The notes: generated by a model from the letters alone, not told the origin. A stretch of DNA of 64,000 nucleotides from Octopus vulgaris (GCA_951406725.2 OX597827.1:25606001-25670000); one strand, 5' to 3'. Shown: positions 26,948 to 41,464, counted from the stretch's first letter. Program-made: numbers and translations.

Positions 26948-27618
26948 ATAATGGAATTTTTTTGAAATTTCTATCGGCTTGTTTCGAGACTCATAAATTA
27001 TAATGGTTATTGACAATTTTGTTTACTTTCGGCATATTTGGCATTAGAATATTTCTTTTGCCCTTATTTTATAAATTTAACATTTAAAGGTATATTTTAA
27101 CATGCTGGCCATTGATAAAATTCTTTTCGAAAAGTATTTTATCCTACATTAGATGTAAATTTAATAGTGTTCACTTCCGGACTGTCTCACTCTGTGAAAG
27201 TTTCTAGTTCGAATCACACGTGTCTCGAGATGTACTGAAGATTTTCTATTTTGGATATGTTTGGGGTACTTAGGTCTGCTCAGGACTTAGTGCTTGCTTT
27301 TTCCATGGGTATGAGTAAGTATTTCATTTATGTCTTACGTATTTATCGCTGAGGAGGGAAAGATTCTTATGAATTAACTCTGAAATTGGGACCAATACGG
27401 TAATAACGGATTTTTAAGAAATTTCTATCGGCTTGTTTCGAGATGCATAAATTATAATGGTTATTGACAATTTTGTGTATTTTCGGCATATTTGGCATTA
27501 GAATTTTTCTTTTGTCCTTATTTTATAAGTTATTTATAAATTTAACCTTTAAGGATATTTTTTTAAATGCTGGTCATTGATAAAATGTGTTTTTTCGAAA
27601 AAATGTTATCCTACATTA

Positions 27619-27624
<6 letters not shown>
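26948..27624 (+). mobile_element. Retrozyme/Penelope-like element: ~210-bp direct repeats with a hammerhead at the junction
   Basis: Repeats 26948-27157 and 27403-27624; hammerhead 27343-27403; ends in (TA)n. Confidence 0.75.
27343..27403 (+). ncRNA. Type-I hammerhead ribozyme with intact core
   Basis: Stem I TTATCG/CGGTAA; CTGAGGA; stem II GGG..GATTC-TTAT-GAATT..CTC; GAAA; stem III ATTGG-GA-CCAAT; predicted cleavage after AUA (27397). Confidence 0.7.
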
Positions 27625-27674
<50 letters not shown>

Positions 27675-27687
27675 CGTGTGTTTATGC

Positions 27688-27733
<46 letters not shown>

Positions 27734-28088
27734 AATCAAACACTTGTCGTAGTGACAGAAAGGCGAGTACGAAGCTCTGGCGCTGAGGAGTAATCTTGCA
27801 CGGGATTGTTCAAAATGCTAGAAAACATAGTGTCGTCTCTGCGCTATATATCGTAGGCATTCAAATATGAAACCCTTCATTCGATGATGCGGTCAAGATA
27901 TAAAATGCTTGAGTAAACAATTTCATGTTTATGACTGGGACGTCTTTGATTATAAATGTGTTCAATGCGGTGAATATATTTACAGCCGCAACAACATTTC
28001 ACCAACTCCTAACTACTAATACAATGTATTAGTTACAAAGAAGCTAAATGCTCCAAACTTATATGCTACAATATAACATTGTTGATAA

Positions 28089-28487
28089 GGCGGCGAGCTG
28101 GCAGAAACGTTAGCACGCCGGGCGAAATACTTGGCGGTATTTCGTCTGCGGCTACGTTCTGAGTTCAAATTCCGCCGAGGTCTTTCATCCTTTCGGGGTC
28201 GATTAAATAAGTACTAGTTACGCACTGGGATCGATATAACCGACTTAATCCGTTTGTCTGTCCTCGTTTGTCCCTTCTGTGTTCAGCCACTTGTGGGTAG
28301 TAAAGATATAGGTATATATATAAAGATATATCTTTATATATAAAGAGTTCAAAATCTGCCGAGGTCGACTTTGCCTTTCATCCTTTCGGTACCGATAAAT
28401 TAAGTACCATTTGCGTACTGGGGTAAATCTAAATTCACTGGCTCCTGCCCCAAAATTTCAGGCCTTTTGCCTAGAGTAGAAAAGAAT
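28089..28487 (+). mobile_element. Dimeric family C SINE
   Basis: ggcggcgagctggcagaaacgttagcacgccgggcgaaat head; Tx1-like tail then a second partial unit. Confidence 0.85.
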
Positions 28488-29419
28488 ATAATACTGTTAA
28501 TTATTCCATTAGTATCTAAAGACCTTGCAGAAGTTTGATGGACATTCTGCTACAGAAATTTCCAGGATATAATGACACGGTGCCGAATTTTCCTTTGGTG
28601 GCTCGTAAATATTCCGAAGTTGCATACGGCGAAAATTGACTTATTTTTTTAAAACTATTCTTTGAAGGTAAGACTTCGAATGCTCCATTCTGACATATAG
28701 TAATTTAAAAATATGACATACTAAACGAACAATCTTCATTATATTTCTACGCTAGGATGCGAACATCTGTGCCAAGAAATACTAAGCTCTTTCTGATAAA
28801 TATATAACACTAATTGTATAAAATGAATTGACCTTCCTTTATTAAAAGTGTATTATTTTGAATAATTGTCAGCTTTCATCTATAAATATTCGAAGCAAAT
28901 TAAGAAGCGAACCGATAAATTGAAGGCTAAATTTCATTTTGCGTTCGATAGAAATGATAAAATTATTCTAAGCATGTGTTCTGATCATTAAAGATTGAAT
29001 GCAATCTTATTAGATAGTCTCATTAGTTTGCACTATATATCTTTAGAGGTATCTTATCTCGCGTGAAATAGTGAAGCTTCTGCGCACAACCAGCATTACT
29101 AAGTGAGAATCAAATGGATTATAAGTGACACGATAGAAACGAGTCAATTTTCGTATTGGAATGACTGCGAACGTATAAAGAGCGTGTTACAATGACATTA
29201 TCTGAAAGATATCATCTTACTTTCATGCTTATATTTCAGGAGGATACAATTATATGGGCGAAAGTTCAATCAAGGATATGTCAACTTCTATTAGTCTAGA
29301 TTGATGTAGTGTAAGGGTCTAATTCTCATCTAAAACATGTCTGGTAGCGGTAATCTTATGTCGTTGTTTGAAATTGTTACTAAATATCATTTTTACCAAA
29401 TACATGAACATATATTCAA

Positions 29420-29460
<41 letters not shown>

Positions 29461-29462
<2 letters not shown>

Positions 29463-29852
29463 CGCAGGAGTGGCTGTGTGGTAAGTAGCTTGCTAACCAA
29501 CCACATGGTTCCGGGTTCAGTCCCACTGTATGGCACCTTGGGCAAGTGTCTTTACTATAGCCTCGGGCCGACCAAAGCCTTGTGAGTGGATTTGGTAGAC
29601 GGAAACTGAAAGAAGCCCGTCGTATATATGTATATATATATGTTTGTGTGTCCGTGTTTGTCCCCCTAGCATTGCTTGACAACCGATGCTGGTGTGTTTA
29701 TGTCCCCGTCACCTAGCGGTTCGGCAAAAGAGACCGATAGAATAAGTACTGGGCTTACAAAGAATAAGTCCCGGGGTCGAGTTGCTCGATTAAAGGCGGT
29801 GCTCCAGCATGGCCGCAGTCAAATGACTGAAACAAGTAAAAGAGTAAAAGAG

Positions 29853-29853
<1 letters not shown>
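29461..29853 (+). mobile_element. Full-length family A SINE within (TA)n
   Basis: Near-identical to the 18934 copy. Confidence 0.9.
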
Positions 29854-29892
<39 letters not shown>

Positions 29893-30479
29893 TACATACG
29901 GTTGTGTGCGTGAAGGCGCGCGTTAAGTGTTCATGTTAGTATTTTAGGTTCTGCTGTAAACGTTGCTTTCGGATTTTTGGCGCAAGGCCAGAAATTTCAG
30001 GGCTAAGGGCTCCATTATATCGATACCAGTGTTCATCTGGAACTTATTTTAACATTCCCGAATGGCTCAATCGCGAAGTCTACTTCAACAGAATTCGAAG
30101 TCGGAACGCACACATAGAGGACATGCTATTAAGCATTTTTCCCGGCGTCCTAACCATTCTGCCAGCTCACCGCCTTTCGTTTCTTCTGCAGCAAATCATC
30201 GATCCAACTTCTTTTTAGTCAAACTTTCACTCACGCACAAGACCAGTCGAGAACTGAGCCTATAGCAAAAGCACTTTTCCTAAATGCCACGCAGTTGATC
30301 GAAAATTTGACCTTATGGTTGAGAAATAAACTTCTTAATCCCTGAACCACAACTGTCCACACACACACACACACACACAGAGTGATTACAAACACAAGCA
30401 AACATAACCTTATCAAAAATCCAGAAAGAATCAGGGACATTTCAACGATCTATGTGATAATCCCTCTATAATTGATGAT

Positions 30480-32040
30480 GAAATTATCTCTGGACAACCG
30501 CAAAAGGAGAATTTGACAGAAATGATGAATGAGTCAATCATTGAGGAGATAATATATACAGTGAACGAGATAAACATAGGCAAAGCTCCTGGTTTGGATG
30601 GAAAATCGGTTGAATTGATTCGCTTTGGAGGAGATAATATTGCTATGACAAAAAAAATGTAGTTACCTTCTTGGGCAATAACAGGCGCATGTGGGACGGT
30701 TTTCCAGTTTCCTGGTTTCATGGCGTATATATTCCTCATCTGGATAGGACGTCGGTCCGTCGCATGATTACTAATTTTGCCAGGTGAGTAGACTGGAGCA
30801 ACATGAAATGAAGTGTCTTGCTCAAGAACACGACGCGTCGCCCGGTTCAAGGATCGAAACCACAATCTTACGATCACGAGTGCAATGCCCCTAATCCCTG
30901 AGCCACGCACCTCCATGCAATGATGCTATGGCCACACACGGGCTAGTTTTGTCTAATTTGCAAGACTGAGTGAATACAATTATGCTCTCCATTTACAAAG
31001 GGAAGGGCTCCGAGTTTGAATGTCTTGGTGAACTTCGTATTAATATGTTCGAATCGGTAGAAAAATATCGTACAAGGTTTTGCTGAATTATCTAACAAAA
31101 TGGATTTACTCAGGTGTCATCTACGGTAACTCATCTAGATTTAAAGCTGAGCGGAATACTATGGACATGAATTCCTTAAGCTGCCAGCCAAAGGAGAAGT
31201 GTGCTGAGCAACCAGTGCCAATGTAACAAGTATTTGTAGACCTTACTGAGGCCTTGGATACTGTTAATCGTACTGCACTGTGGGTTTTATTGGGGAGGCT
31301 TGAATGCCATCCTGAATTTCTTGGAATATCTAAAAACATTTCATAAAAATACGAGGGCAAAGTGAACTTCAATGTGACACTTTCAGAGCTAATTCCAGTG
31401 AAAAACCGTGCCAAACAATTCCACATTTTGGCACCCACTTTCTTCTCCATATACTTTACCGTGCTACGCATGCCATCCGAGACTTTGAATTTGGTGTTTA
31501 TAAGCAATTTAGAACCCTTGGTAAATTCTTTAATCTAAGGCGTTTTAATACCAAGTCAAAAACATTTGGCTCTCTTTCCAGAGATGATGCAGATTTTCTA
31601 GTTCATTCAACGAAGGACATACAAATGATATTGGACAACTTCCACAGAGTATGCACAGCATTTCTTCTAAATATTATCATAAAGAAGACAAAGGTCAGAT
31701 ATACTCCGTCAGTTTGGGACATTTTCGTGGGAGGAAAAATACTTTATGTGGAGAGTTTTGTGTATTTTGGAAATACGTTTTGTTGAGATATCATCCTTAA
31801 CTCAGAAATAAGTCACGTGATTGCGAAAGATAGTGCTGCCTTCGACAAACGTGAGAAGCAAGTCTTGTCAGATCAGTGTATGACGAGAGACATGAAGCTT
31901 GCTGTCTATGATGCCTGTGTTCTTAAAGCCCTGCTATACGGGTGTGAAATGTGAACAACTTACCGTCATCATATCAAGCAGTTGGAAAGATTTCAACATC
32001 ATTGGTTTCCGCAGCATCCTCAGCACTGCTATTGAGAAAA
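30480..32040 (+). pseudogene. Degraded RTE-clade LINE reverse transcriptase, interrupted by a SINE
   Basis: KAPGLDGKSVELIRFGG, FKAERNTMDM, FVDLTEALDTVNRTALW, LFRDDADF, KKTKV, LLYGCE; many stops and frameshifts. Confidence 0.75.
30661..30915 (-). mobile_element. Family B-type SINE inserted in the RTE remnant
   Basis: tggagcaacatgaaatgaagtgtcttgctcaagaacac central block; tail shared with the 6762 SINE. Confidence 0.8.
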
Positions 32041-32051
32041 AGACAATTTTG

Positions 32052-32124
<73 letters not shown>

Positions 32125-32135
32125 ACACACACGCG

Positions 32136-32176
<41 letters not shown>

Positions 32177-32309
32177 GTGCGCGCGCACACACACACACAT
32201 CTGTCTATCCCTCTATTTATCCATCCATCTATCTATCTGTCTGTCTGTCTGATTATCTATCTGTCTATCTATCTATCTGTATGTCTGTATGTCTGTCTAT
32301 ATATATTTA

Positions 32310-33135
32310 TACGTTGGCCCAAAAGCTGCTGATGGATTGCGATCTTTGATAGTTCTTATATTTCTTTTATTTTTATGGACTAGGTCCTTGAAATTCATTA
32401 TGGAAAAATATGGCACCGCACAATGCACCATAGTGGTGAAATTGTTCAATCAAAATCAGGAGTCAATTATTCAAACCCAGAGAGCACCAAAGAGAATTCT
32501 ACCCAATAAAGTGTACAGTATGGTGTGCAATTACGGTGGATGAGAAAATCGGGCCTTATATCTTTGAGGACGTTGATGGGAACGCTGTAATTGTGACTGG
32601 TGAGCGGTATAAGTCGAGAGGTTTTGCGCGCGGCCATTCAAAATAGGCCCGATATGTGGTTCCAGCAAGATGACACAACTGCTCATATCGCAAGAGAGAC
32701 ACTACAGCTGCCGAAGCAATATTTTGGGAAAAGAATCATGTCTTGCTACTGCGATGTCAAATGGCCACCGCGTTCTCCAAAATAGACCAGCCTTGACTTG
32801 TGGGGGTACCTCAAGGAGAAGGTTTATGCCAACAAACAAGAAAACAAGCAATTGAAGGAGAGTATCACAAGAGAAATCAGGGAACTGGACCCTGGAACTC
32901 TTACAGCTCTCATGGAACATATTTTGGAAGCGGCACGGATGTGTGAAGCTGAAAATTGATGCCATTTAAAAGATGTCATTTTTCATACGTGATGCGGAGG
33001 TTTAATGAGAAAGGACTTATGCAAAGTAATCTCCATTATCTCCTCTATATTGAATTAAAGTTTTCTACAGCTATTTTTAAAAATAGGGGAGTTATTAAAA
33101 ATAAAAACCCTCAATTACTTTTGGGCCACCTTATA
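32310..33135 (+). mobile_element. Internally deleted Tc1/mariner element, DD41D (rosa-like)
   Basis: TIRs tggcccaaaag / cttttgggcca with TA flanks; MEKY..FNQNQESIIQTQR N-terminus; WFQQDDTTAH...WPPRSPK*TSLD with 41 codons between the second and third Asp. Confidence 0.8.
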
Positions 33136-34859
33136 CATACCCACAAACACTCACACACATATACAGACATATGTATATATGTATGTATGTAACAGGTTTC
33201 TGTATGTTTGTGCCTTTGTATTGGTACACAACCATAGATGAAAGTATTTCAATTCGTGCTTGTTCTTGAGGAATCTAACTGTAGCATCAGCCCCATGTCT
33301 GGTGTGAGATTATCAAAAGTAGTCTGCTCATGAGTACGGTGTAGAAACGAGACTGTGTTGTCAAATTCTATTGTAATGGCGGTTAGGCTGTAAGGACCAC
33401 ATTAGATGGGTCTGTCATTTATTCCAAAAAATACGGAGGAGAGGACAAAGTATAAGAATATAACAAAACTATCGACAAAATGAATCTTGCCTCCATGTTA
33501 AAATACACCAAAGCAATTTAACCTTTGTCTTTGCAGAAAACCTACTTGGCAATGATAAATGGCCATGGCCACGTATATAAATATATATAAGTTTTCCTTA
33601 TATATTTTATGTATTCGAGAGAATATTGGTTTTACTTAAAGTAGCTTTATGTTATACAATATATATATATATAAACACTCGAGTGCTTTCAATAATGCTT
33701 CTATAACGGCAGTCACATGATTGTACAATGACACTCGTGATATAGCTTTGAATTATAGCTATCAAAGGAAAATAAAGGACATTTGCACCAAGTTTTCTCC
33801 AAAATTTAATATTTTGGTGCCACATATTTTTTATTGATGGTATCTTAGATAAAGTAACCACTGATAATTATCGTAAACATAGTTGCTTTCAGCTACAGAT
33901 GTAATGGTATAAAAATGACCTCTATGTATCTCCGGCAATATTTCTTTTTTCGTATTCTTCCATAATGAAATTATATCTCTAATAAGAATGCGGAAAAGAA
34001 AAAAAAATAGAAGAAATATGTGAATTAGAAACTCTGTTTGGAAAGCAAAATAAAATATTCAGATACGTTAGAAGCCCTATCTTGATGTCACCAATCAAAC
34101 CTCAATATTAATGATTCTGTTTTTAATCTTCAATACTCGATAAGTTCAACATTTCTTGGAGTATATCATTAGGCTTAAATGAAAAATATTATCAAAAGAA
34201 CAAATCGCATTTCACAACAATATATTCTAAGGATTTCTTTGCATTTCTCGCAAGCCCGAAATTATAGACAATGCACAGAGCACGTGCGCGCTCGCATACG
34301 CTCACATACCTTAACATACACATGTATTCACACAAACACGTTCACGTATGTATCTACAGACACGTACACACACAAGCACATCCTTTTCCATATCCTGTCA
34401 AATAGGAAGTTGTGAATCTACTTACAATGCATTCGACACTCCACCTTCTCTAGAATTTCTCTTCATTACCATGCTTTGTAAATGACTCTAGCGATTAAAT
34501 TTATGCGCTTCCTTTTATGTTACCCTCCATAGATTCGGCAACCCCTTGCGTAATTTCAGGTGCTTTTTAAGTATAAGAAACTTGGCAATTTCCAATGCTT
34601 TATAGAATTCTAGCTCTTCACATTTTCTATTTACCGTACCCTCCTGTCATCTTTTCTGTAAAAAAACCGGGTACAAATTATTGTTGTCTTCAATGTCTTG
34701 AAATAAAGTACGACTTATCAAGGAAAAAGAATATTTTCCCAGTTTAATGTTGGAAATTCATCCACGAAGCTATAGGCATTCATAGAATATTGTTGGCAGA
34801 TGATGCGTCGTAGATTTTGTGCTGGATTTTGGCTTTCCCATCCTATTACCAAAAGTTCC

Positions 34860-35010
34860 AAAAGTTCGACTCCAAAATTTTCAATCTTTTCTCAATAGCG
34901 CTCTGCTACTTTTAACATTAGCGGCAATCTCCTTCCACGCAGCTGCTGCATCGCTTTGATGACGTTTTTATAGCTTGATGTCTGGCACTCTCTTCCACAG
35001 CCTCCATATT
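34860..35010 (-). pseudogene. Degraded MADF/Myb-SANT-like domain (possibly Harbinger-associated)
   Basis: Frameshifted peptides LW..SSYKN..DAAAAWKEIAANV..AIEKRLKILESNF. Confidence 0.35.
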
Positions 35011-35650
35011 TCAGTTTGCTGAAGATCAAAGGCTTGGACATATTAATACCTTCTATTCAAGACACGTGATCCTCCCGACAAAACAGCGATTCCAGCTCTG
35101 GACGAGAAATGCTCATTATAGATTGTAGATGACACAATTGGCATTGCACTGTGTTTTGTGGTATCGATATCATAGGGTTTAGGACAAGATAAAATCCAAT
35201 AAATAGATCTGTACTCCTACATATGTTGTAGAATAAATGCTGACCCCGTCAAATATGTATATCTACAAACCCATGCACACACACATATATATGCATGCGC
35301 ACAATCACACACACATATATTTGTGCGACTTCGCCTGATTGAATGGTACCATCTAGGTTTCGAAACAACAGTGATAACCGTTCGGCAGCTGATGATGGAT
35401 GTATTTCGTTTGATTTGCTTGTTGACTTTGAACATTTTCTCTCCTAGGTTTTCGTGGTTCTAAGTTGTCTTTCACAGAAATTCCAGTTCTTGTAGGTTCA
35501 AACTTGAATAAGGGATTCTTGGTTTCTTAATTTATGGGTGTATGCTGGGCTTGCTGTGTACACTATATTATACATTGATATTGCCTGATTATAATTGTGG
35601 GTAGAATAAACCATGTTTAGGGGCTTGTGGAGGTTTTACTACATATACAA

Positions 35651-35710
<60 letters not shown>

Positions 35711-35780
35711 TCATCATGTATATATATATATATATATGTCCACACACGCACACACACACACATATGTATATATATGTATA

Positions 35781-35976
35781 AAGCAAATAAGTAACAAGGA
35801 TGTCAAGGTATTAATGCAATGCAGCCGTTTCAGGCGGCACCATTTAATCGAAGAATCGAACAAATTTGTATTTTGTAACTGAAGATGGCGCTATATTCCA
35901 ATTTGATGTAACGCTTGCATTGTTCGAAACGGCCATATTGCATTAATACCCTGATATCTTTGTTATATATTTGCTT
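35781..35976 (+). mobile_element. Fold-back mini-element with hammerhead motif (35874-35942)
   Basis: 51-bp arms 35781-35831 and 35926-35976; TGTAA-CTGAAGA...GAAAC-GGCC-ATA-TTGCA. Confidence 0.65.
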
Positions 35977-36407
35977 TTGATTTACCTTACTTTGAACCTT
36001 GCAGATAATACCGGACTGCATAGACTTAAGCACCTTATTCAACTGAATCCTATATATATAATTATATAAAGGGAGCAAGGGCGAAAACGACCTTTCTCCA
36101 GCATGCTTGATGTGCCGATACCTTCAAGGAAGAAGGCTTATTTTTTGCTTTAATCCAGAAACAGGAACCAATTCTCAGTTAACGTGAGGTCTTTTTGGTT
36201 TTCTTACACTGGCCTGCTTGCAGCCATGTGGATATTTGTCTGGAGATTTTGATGGTGTTTGAAGTTATCGGCCCCTTAATATAATTATATAGATATGTTC
36301 ATTATTATTAATTTAACATATAAACTGCCTATAAATTTTTACAGCATGCTGAGTACTTGATAAAAACAATTAACGTGATATTTATCCTTATATTCTATTA
36401 CGAATTA

Positions 36408-36440
<33 letters not shown>

Positions 36441-36726
36441 ATACAGGTAAAACTGCCGTTGGCATTTTGAAAGTATGTCAGTGTAGAAAATGGGTATTAA
36501 TAACTCCGTGTTTAACTGTGTATAACATATAGGCGCTGAAATTGGTTCTGTTTGTCATTTTGTACGCGGGCGATGTCAGCGCTTTGGAAAATATATACAT
36601 ACACATATGAAAGTGTCACAAAGAAGACTTGATATATAATGGAATTTGCAGGTTGCCACTAAGTAAGCAGAGAAGAAATACGTGCGTGCTTGGAGATATA
36701 CACTTACCTATATCTATATCTATATC

Positions 36727-36773
<47 letters not shown>

Positions 36774-36805
36774 ATACATATATGTATATGAACATATATA
36801 AACAT

Positions 36806-36867
<62 letters not shown>

Positions 36868-37699
36868 GTATGTATGTATAAAGAGGAGCCAGTATAGAGC
36901 CATACATTAAATGCATACATATTTATATATATATATATGTGTGCATACTTCTGTGTATATGTATATATAAAGTATACTCACACACATATATGTATGTATA
37001 CACGCACATTATACATATGTATGTATGTGTGTGTGTGTGTATGTGTGTGTGAATATACGTATGAGTAAATAATTAGCTAAATAGTCATCTCAAAGATGAT
37101 GGAATGGAGAAAGTATATGAAAAAAAACTTATCGTAAAAATATACGCAAATATCTTTTGTATTTATGTAGGTTTCTTATTAAATAACAACAATACTTTGG
37201 AGTAACTTGTTCCACGTGACCTTTGGATTCCTCTATTCTTCAGTTATGATAGCATAGTCTGTTATAGGAACGTGCGGCAGACTCCTCTCTCTCTCTCTCT
37301 CTCTCTCACTCTATCTTTCTCTCTCTTTCACTCTATCTTTCTCTCTCTTTCTCTCTCTTTCTCTCCATTCTGCTCCATTACATTTGTGACATTTAAAGTC
37401 TAAGTTAGAAACATTCAAATGCAATCACAATCCTATTGACATCTTTTGAAATTTCCAAATCTCTGTCTATTTGTCTTCTGCTTCACATTTCATGTTTTTT
37501 TGTGTTTGTTTATGATTTGGTTGCTTGTTTTATTATTTATGAAATATATAGAAATCTGTACACGTACACACAGATACATACACCGATGCATTTGCAATAC
37601 GTGCACACACAGAAACACACACACATGTGTTACACGCTAAACAACACACAAAATGCACTTCACTTCCCAGCGAGGATGTACCCGAAAACTTTAAATAAA

Positions 37700-38166
37700 T
37701 GAAGCTGGGTTGTTCGAAGTAAGAAAAAAATATATACGCAGAAACCATGTAGTAACATTATTTGATTACAAAAAGGTATTTCACCCCATTCCACTCCGAT
37801 GGCTACAGAAGTCTCAACATCCGGCAAAAGAACTTGTTGCCTTAGTTACTGCCATCGAAAGGCTTATCAAAACCTTGTCAATAATCCTCATACTTGTAAC
37901 TGGAAATGGAATGATTATTTCTGATATTTATGTATATTTCAACGCGAATATTCCGACGTGACAGTCTTCTTGTCCTTTTGTTTATTTTGTCATAAAATCC
38001 GATGTCACTTCTCCATGGTCCAGAGTCTACAGCAGCAAGAAGTATTAATGTATCGCATAACTTCTTTGTGGACGAGCTAAAAATCTATGTCTAAACTATT
38101 TACCATTCTTAGAAACAGCTGGATTTAGTCACAGTATTTTCCTTTGATATACGGATGGAGTTTGAC
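37700..38166 (+). pseudogene. Degraded R4/Dong/NeSL-type reverse transcriptase fragment
   Basis: FDYKKVFHPIPLRWL, RIFRRDSLLVLLFILS*NPMSLL, SHNFFVDELKIY and DIRMEF match DYKKAFDSVPH / GIFQGDSLS / FVDDLKLY / DIGMEF. Confidence 0.75.
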
Positions 38167-38309
38167 CCTCCCAAAACGTTCATTAAATGCAATGAAACTA
38201 CTCCCCAAAATACAAAACATTTGCGTCCATGTTATCTCTGTTTGTTTTTGCACTCCTTCGAAACCTCTATTTTTTCTGCCATCATTACAAATCCTCTTTT
38301 ATCTCAATA

Positions 38310-38691
38310 CTACCAGTATCGATCGTCCGGCGTTGCTCGGGTTTGTTTCGGCCCTTTAGAATTGGAATTTTTGAAAAATAAAAATTTTGCATTATGTAGC
38401 TTGTTATTCTCTTTAAGTGAACACTTTTCTACTTGAAATACACCGAAAAGTGGTGACACAGCAGTGAAAAAATCGTAAAATATAGGTATTTTCACAGAAA
38501 AAAAGCACCTTTTTGATGTAAATAATTTTTGCTGTTAACATTGTCCGATTTGAATTTTTTCTTCTACGAAACCTTCTATCATACTCTCAATTTTAGTCAA
38601 CTTGCGCCGCAAGGTCTCGGAGGAGATAGTGTTAGTTGAAGGCTACCAAACCTGCCATACACAGACAACTTCAGTTTTATATATAGAGAGA
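38310..38691 (-). mobile_element. Non-autonomous Helitron-like element
   Basis: Minus strand starts TCTCTCTATATATAAAACTG and ends with the ccgagcaacgccgg hairpin then ..ggTAG (degenerate CTAG) followed by T. Confidence 0.6.
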
Positions 38692-40109
38692 TTTATTTCT
38701 TCACTTATTCATGTTAGTAAGTGTCTTACTGACGATCTGGGGTAGTAGAGCTTTGAAGCAAAGAACGAGATGCTTTTAAGCATTCCACAGCCTTAATCAC
38801 TAATTGCAAAATATGCAAAAGATTTCTTCAGTTCAACTTGTCAGTTTCCAGCAAGGGATCATCGTTTCAGTGTTACAAACCAGCGCTTCCTTGCTAGTAA
38901 CATACACGAACATATACATATGTGTGTGTGTGTGTGTGTATGTGTGTGTGTGCGTTTGACGGACATCTGTACAGATTCCGCCTACTAAATTGACTCACAT
39001 ATGATTGGTCGATTTGGTGTACACAATTATAATTCTCAGTCCTTATCTTATATACGTCAGATTAACAAGGCAAGGCAAAACCGGAAAGAAACGGATTTTA
39101 AAGAATTTAAAGTTACATGATTAAACCTCAAGAATTTTTGTCGGCCATTTTATAGACGCTGTGGTATTTAATCCACCAAGTTTGTTCACAACCATTATTT
39201 GGTATATCATCTCATAATTCTCTAAGACAACTCCTCTGAACTTGAACAATCTACTTATGTTTACGTCTTTCAATGATCGAATGTTCAAAGGTGTATTTGT
39301 CCTTGTTTCGAGAAGAAAGAGAGAGAAAGACAGAGAGAAAAAAGCTGATATGTCAATGAGGGGAATAAATCTTAATTTAGATATGAGTGAGTTGCCTACA
39401 TATGGTTTCGTCTTGTCAAGTGTTCTGTAGAATAGATTATTCTTCCTGTCTATTCAGGTATGAAGTCAATGTCTATTGCTTTGGCATTTCAATGGTGGAA
39501 CCACTCACTAAAATAAATGTATATACATCACAGACAGACACAAACAGGCGAAAACATCACGCATAAGCATCAACACAAAGATCATACACATGTATGTCCG
39601 ATATGTGTGTCTGTGTATATGTATATTCATATATACACACATACATATATATATACATGTATATTTACAGTATATATAGGTATGTGTGTATATATACATA
39701 TATCTGTATATATATACATATATATGTATACTTACAGTATATATATATGTATGTATATATATGTATATATTTGAATACATATAATGTATATATATACATA
39801 TGTGTGTGTGTGTGTGCGTGTGTTTATGTGTGTGTGTGTATGTGTTGCGCGGGCACAGAAATATAACGTGTGTGCGCGTGTCTGTCTGTTATCACATATA
39901 TATAAACAATAATCGCTGGCTGGATATTTCTGACGGCGCAATTACTGGTTCACTGCATTTCTGATTGGGAGTATGACAAAGGAGTGTCTAACTCAATGCT
40001 AAATAATTATTTCATGAGAGTTATATACATACATACACTCATATATATGTATATGTATACGTATACATGTAAGTATATGTATATATATATGTATACGTAT
40101 ACATATAAG

Positions 40110-40150
<41 letters not shown>

Positions 40151-40249
40151 ACGTATACATATAAGTATATGTATATATAATATATATATATAAACGACTC
40201 TCAGCGCGGTTTCTGCGTAACCAGCTCCGCTCATGGCCTACTTTGCCAT

Positions 40250-41150
40250 ATTAACCAACTGAAGTGTAAGCCTTGTAAAATGTTATAAGCAACATTGTGT
40301 CGTCCTTGATATCCGTGAAGTTTTTCCTCACATTTGCCACATACAGTTCCTTACCAAAAATCCCGTCCCTGTTTCCCTGACGGCTCTGGTCGCTTGCAGC
40401 GTTCCGATCCAATCTTATTGTAATATACCGCTGCATCTGTTATCGGACGCATTCTTGTTTTTTTTCTTTTAACAAATCAAGTTTTGCGTAGGTTTCTGTA
40501 CTCCATATATTCCATTATTTTCCATAATGATCTGCTTGTCGCTATCTTCGACTATATCCATTTTTATATCTAAAATAACTGCTCTTCATTTATACCTAAC
40601 CGTTTTTCAATTGTACAACTATGCAGCATTCACAAGAAACCAAGGCACTAGAAGGCAAGCCATGACCAGTTAATGATCAGAGATTTTTGAATGGAGGTAT
40701 GACGTTCTCTTTCAACAGCAAAATAAAGCAACAGACATTGAAAAATACTTCGTACATAATGAAAATATCATTGCCACAGCCTCCTTACATCATGAACAGC
40801 ACTCGATGTGATCCCACACAATCGCTCCAGATGTTCTGTTATACCACTGAGGTGTTCGGCCAAAAATTAGTGCCAACTTCCTAAAGCTAAGAATTCTCTT
40901 TATAACTGGAAAACATTGCCGAAAACGCGCAGAAATTATTGACCCGCTAAAAGTTCAGGTAACCCCACCCTCAGAGGAGTATTGGTCTCACGTCTGGGAC
41001 AGAACTCTTGCAGCACTCACTAAATTCTGATATCGTATTCCGAAAACAGCCACTCGACTAACCGACTTTAATTCACATAGGACACACAATCCAGCCTTTG
41101 TGAAAGATATTTGATAAGCCGTCAACCTTATGAATCTTCTCTGCTCATAT
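40250..41150 (-). pseudogene. Possible old non-LTR (R4/NeSL-like) ORF remnant
   Basis: Weak: DAAVYYNKI..GRDFW resembles the pre-RT region of RLE-type elements. Confidence 0.25.
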
Positions 41151-41390
41151 TTCACACGCAGCTAGTGACTTGCAGTGGATAAAAGCAACATGAATGATGT
41201 CAATATAGAAGGTTCTGGAAAGCTTGCTATTTCCATAGACATTGCTACTTGTTCCAGGTTCTACAAGTAATATATATATATACAGCACTAATGCGTGCAG
41301 ATGAACATACACACATACTTGCATACATAATACATACGCATACACACACATATATATATACACATAGGTACATACGTACATACATACATG

Positions 41391-41449
<59 letters not shown>

Positions 41450-41464
41450 GTATATCTGTCTAAC

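Noticed and set aside
40195-40240. Partial hammerhead (ATGA-GCG..CGC-A-GAAAC-CGCG) on minus
   Set aside because: The 5' core and stem I are missing; not counted
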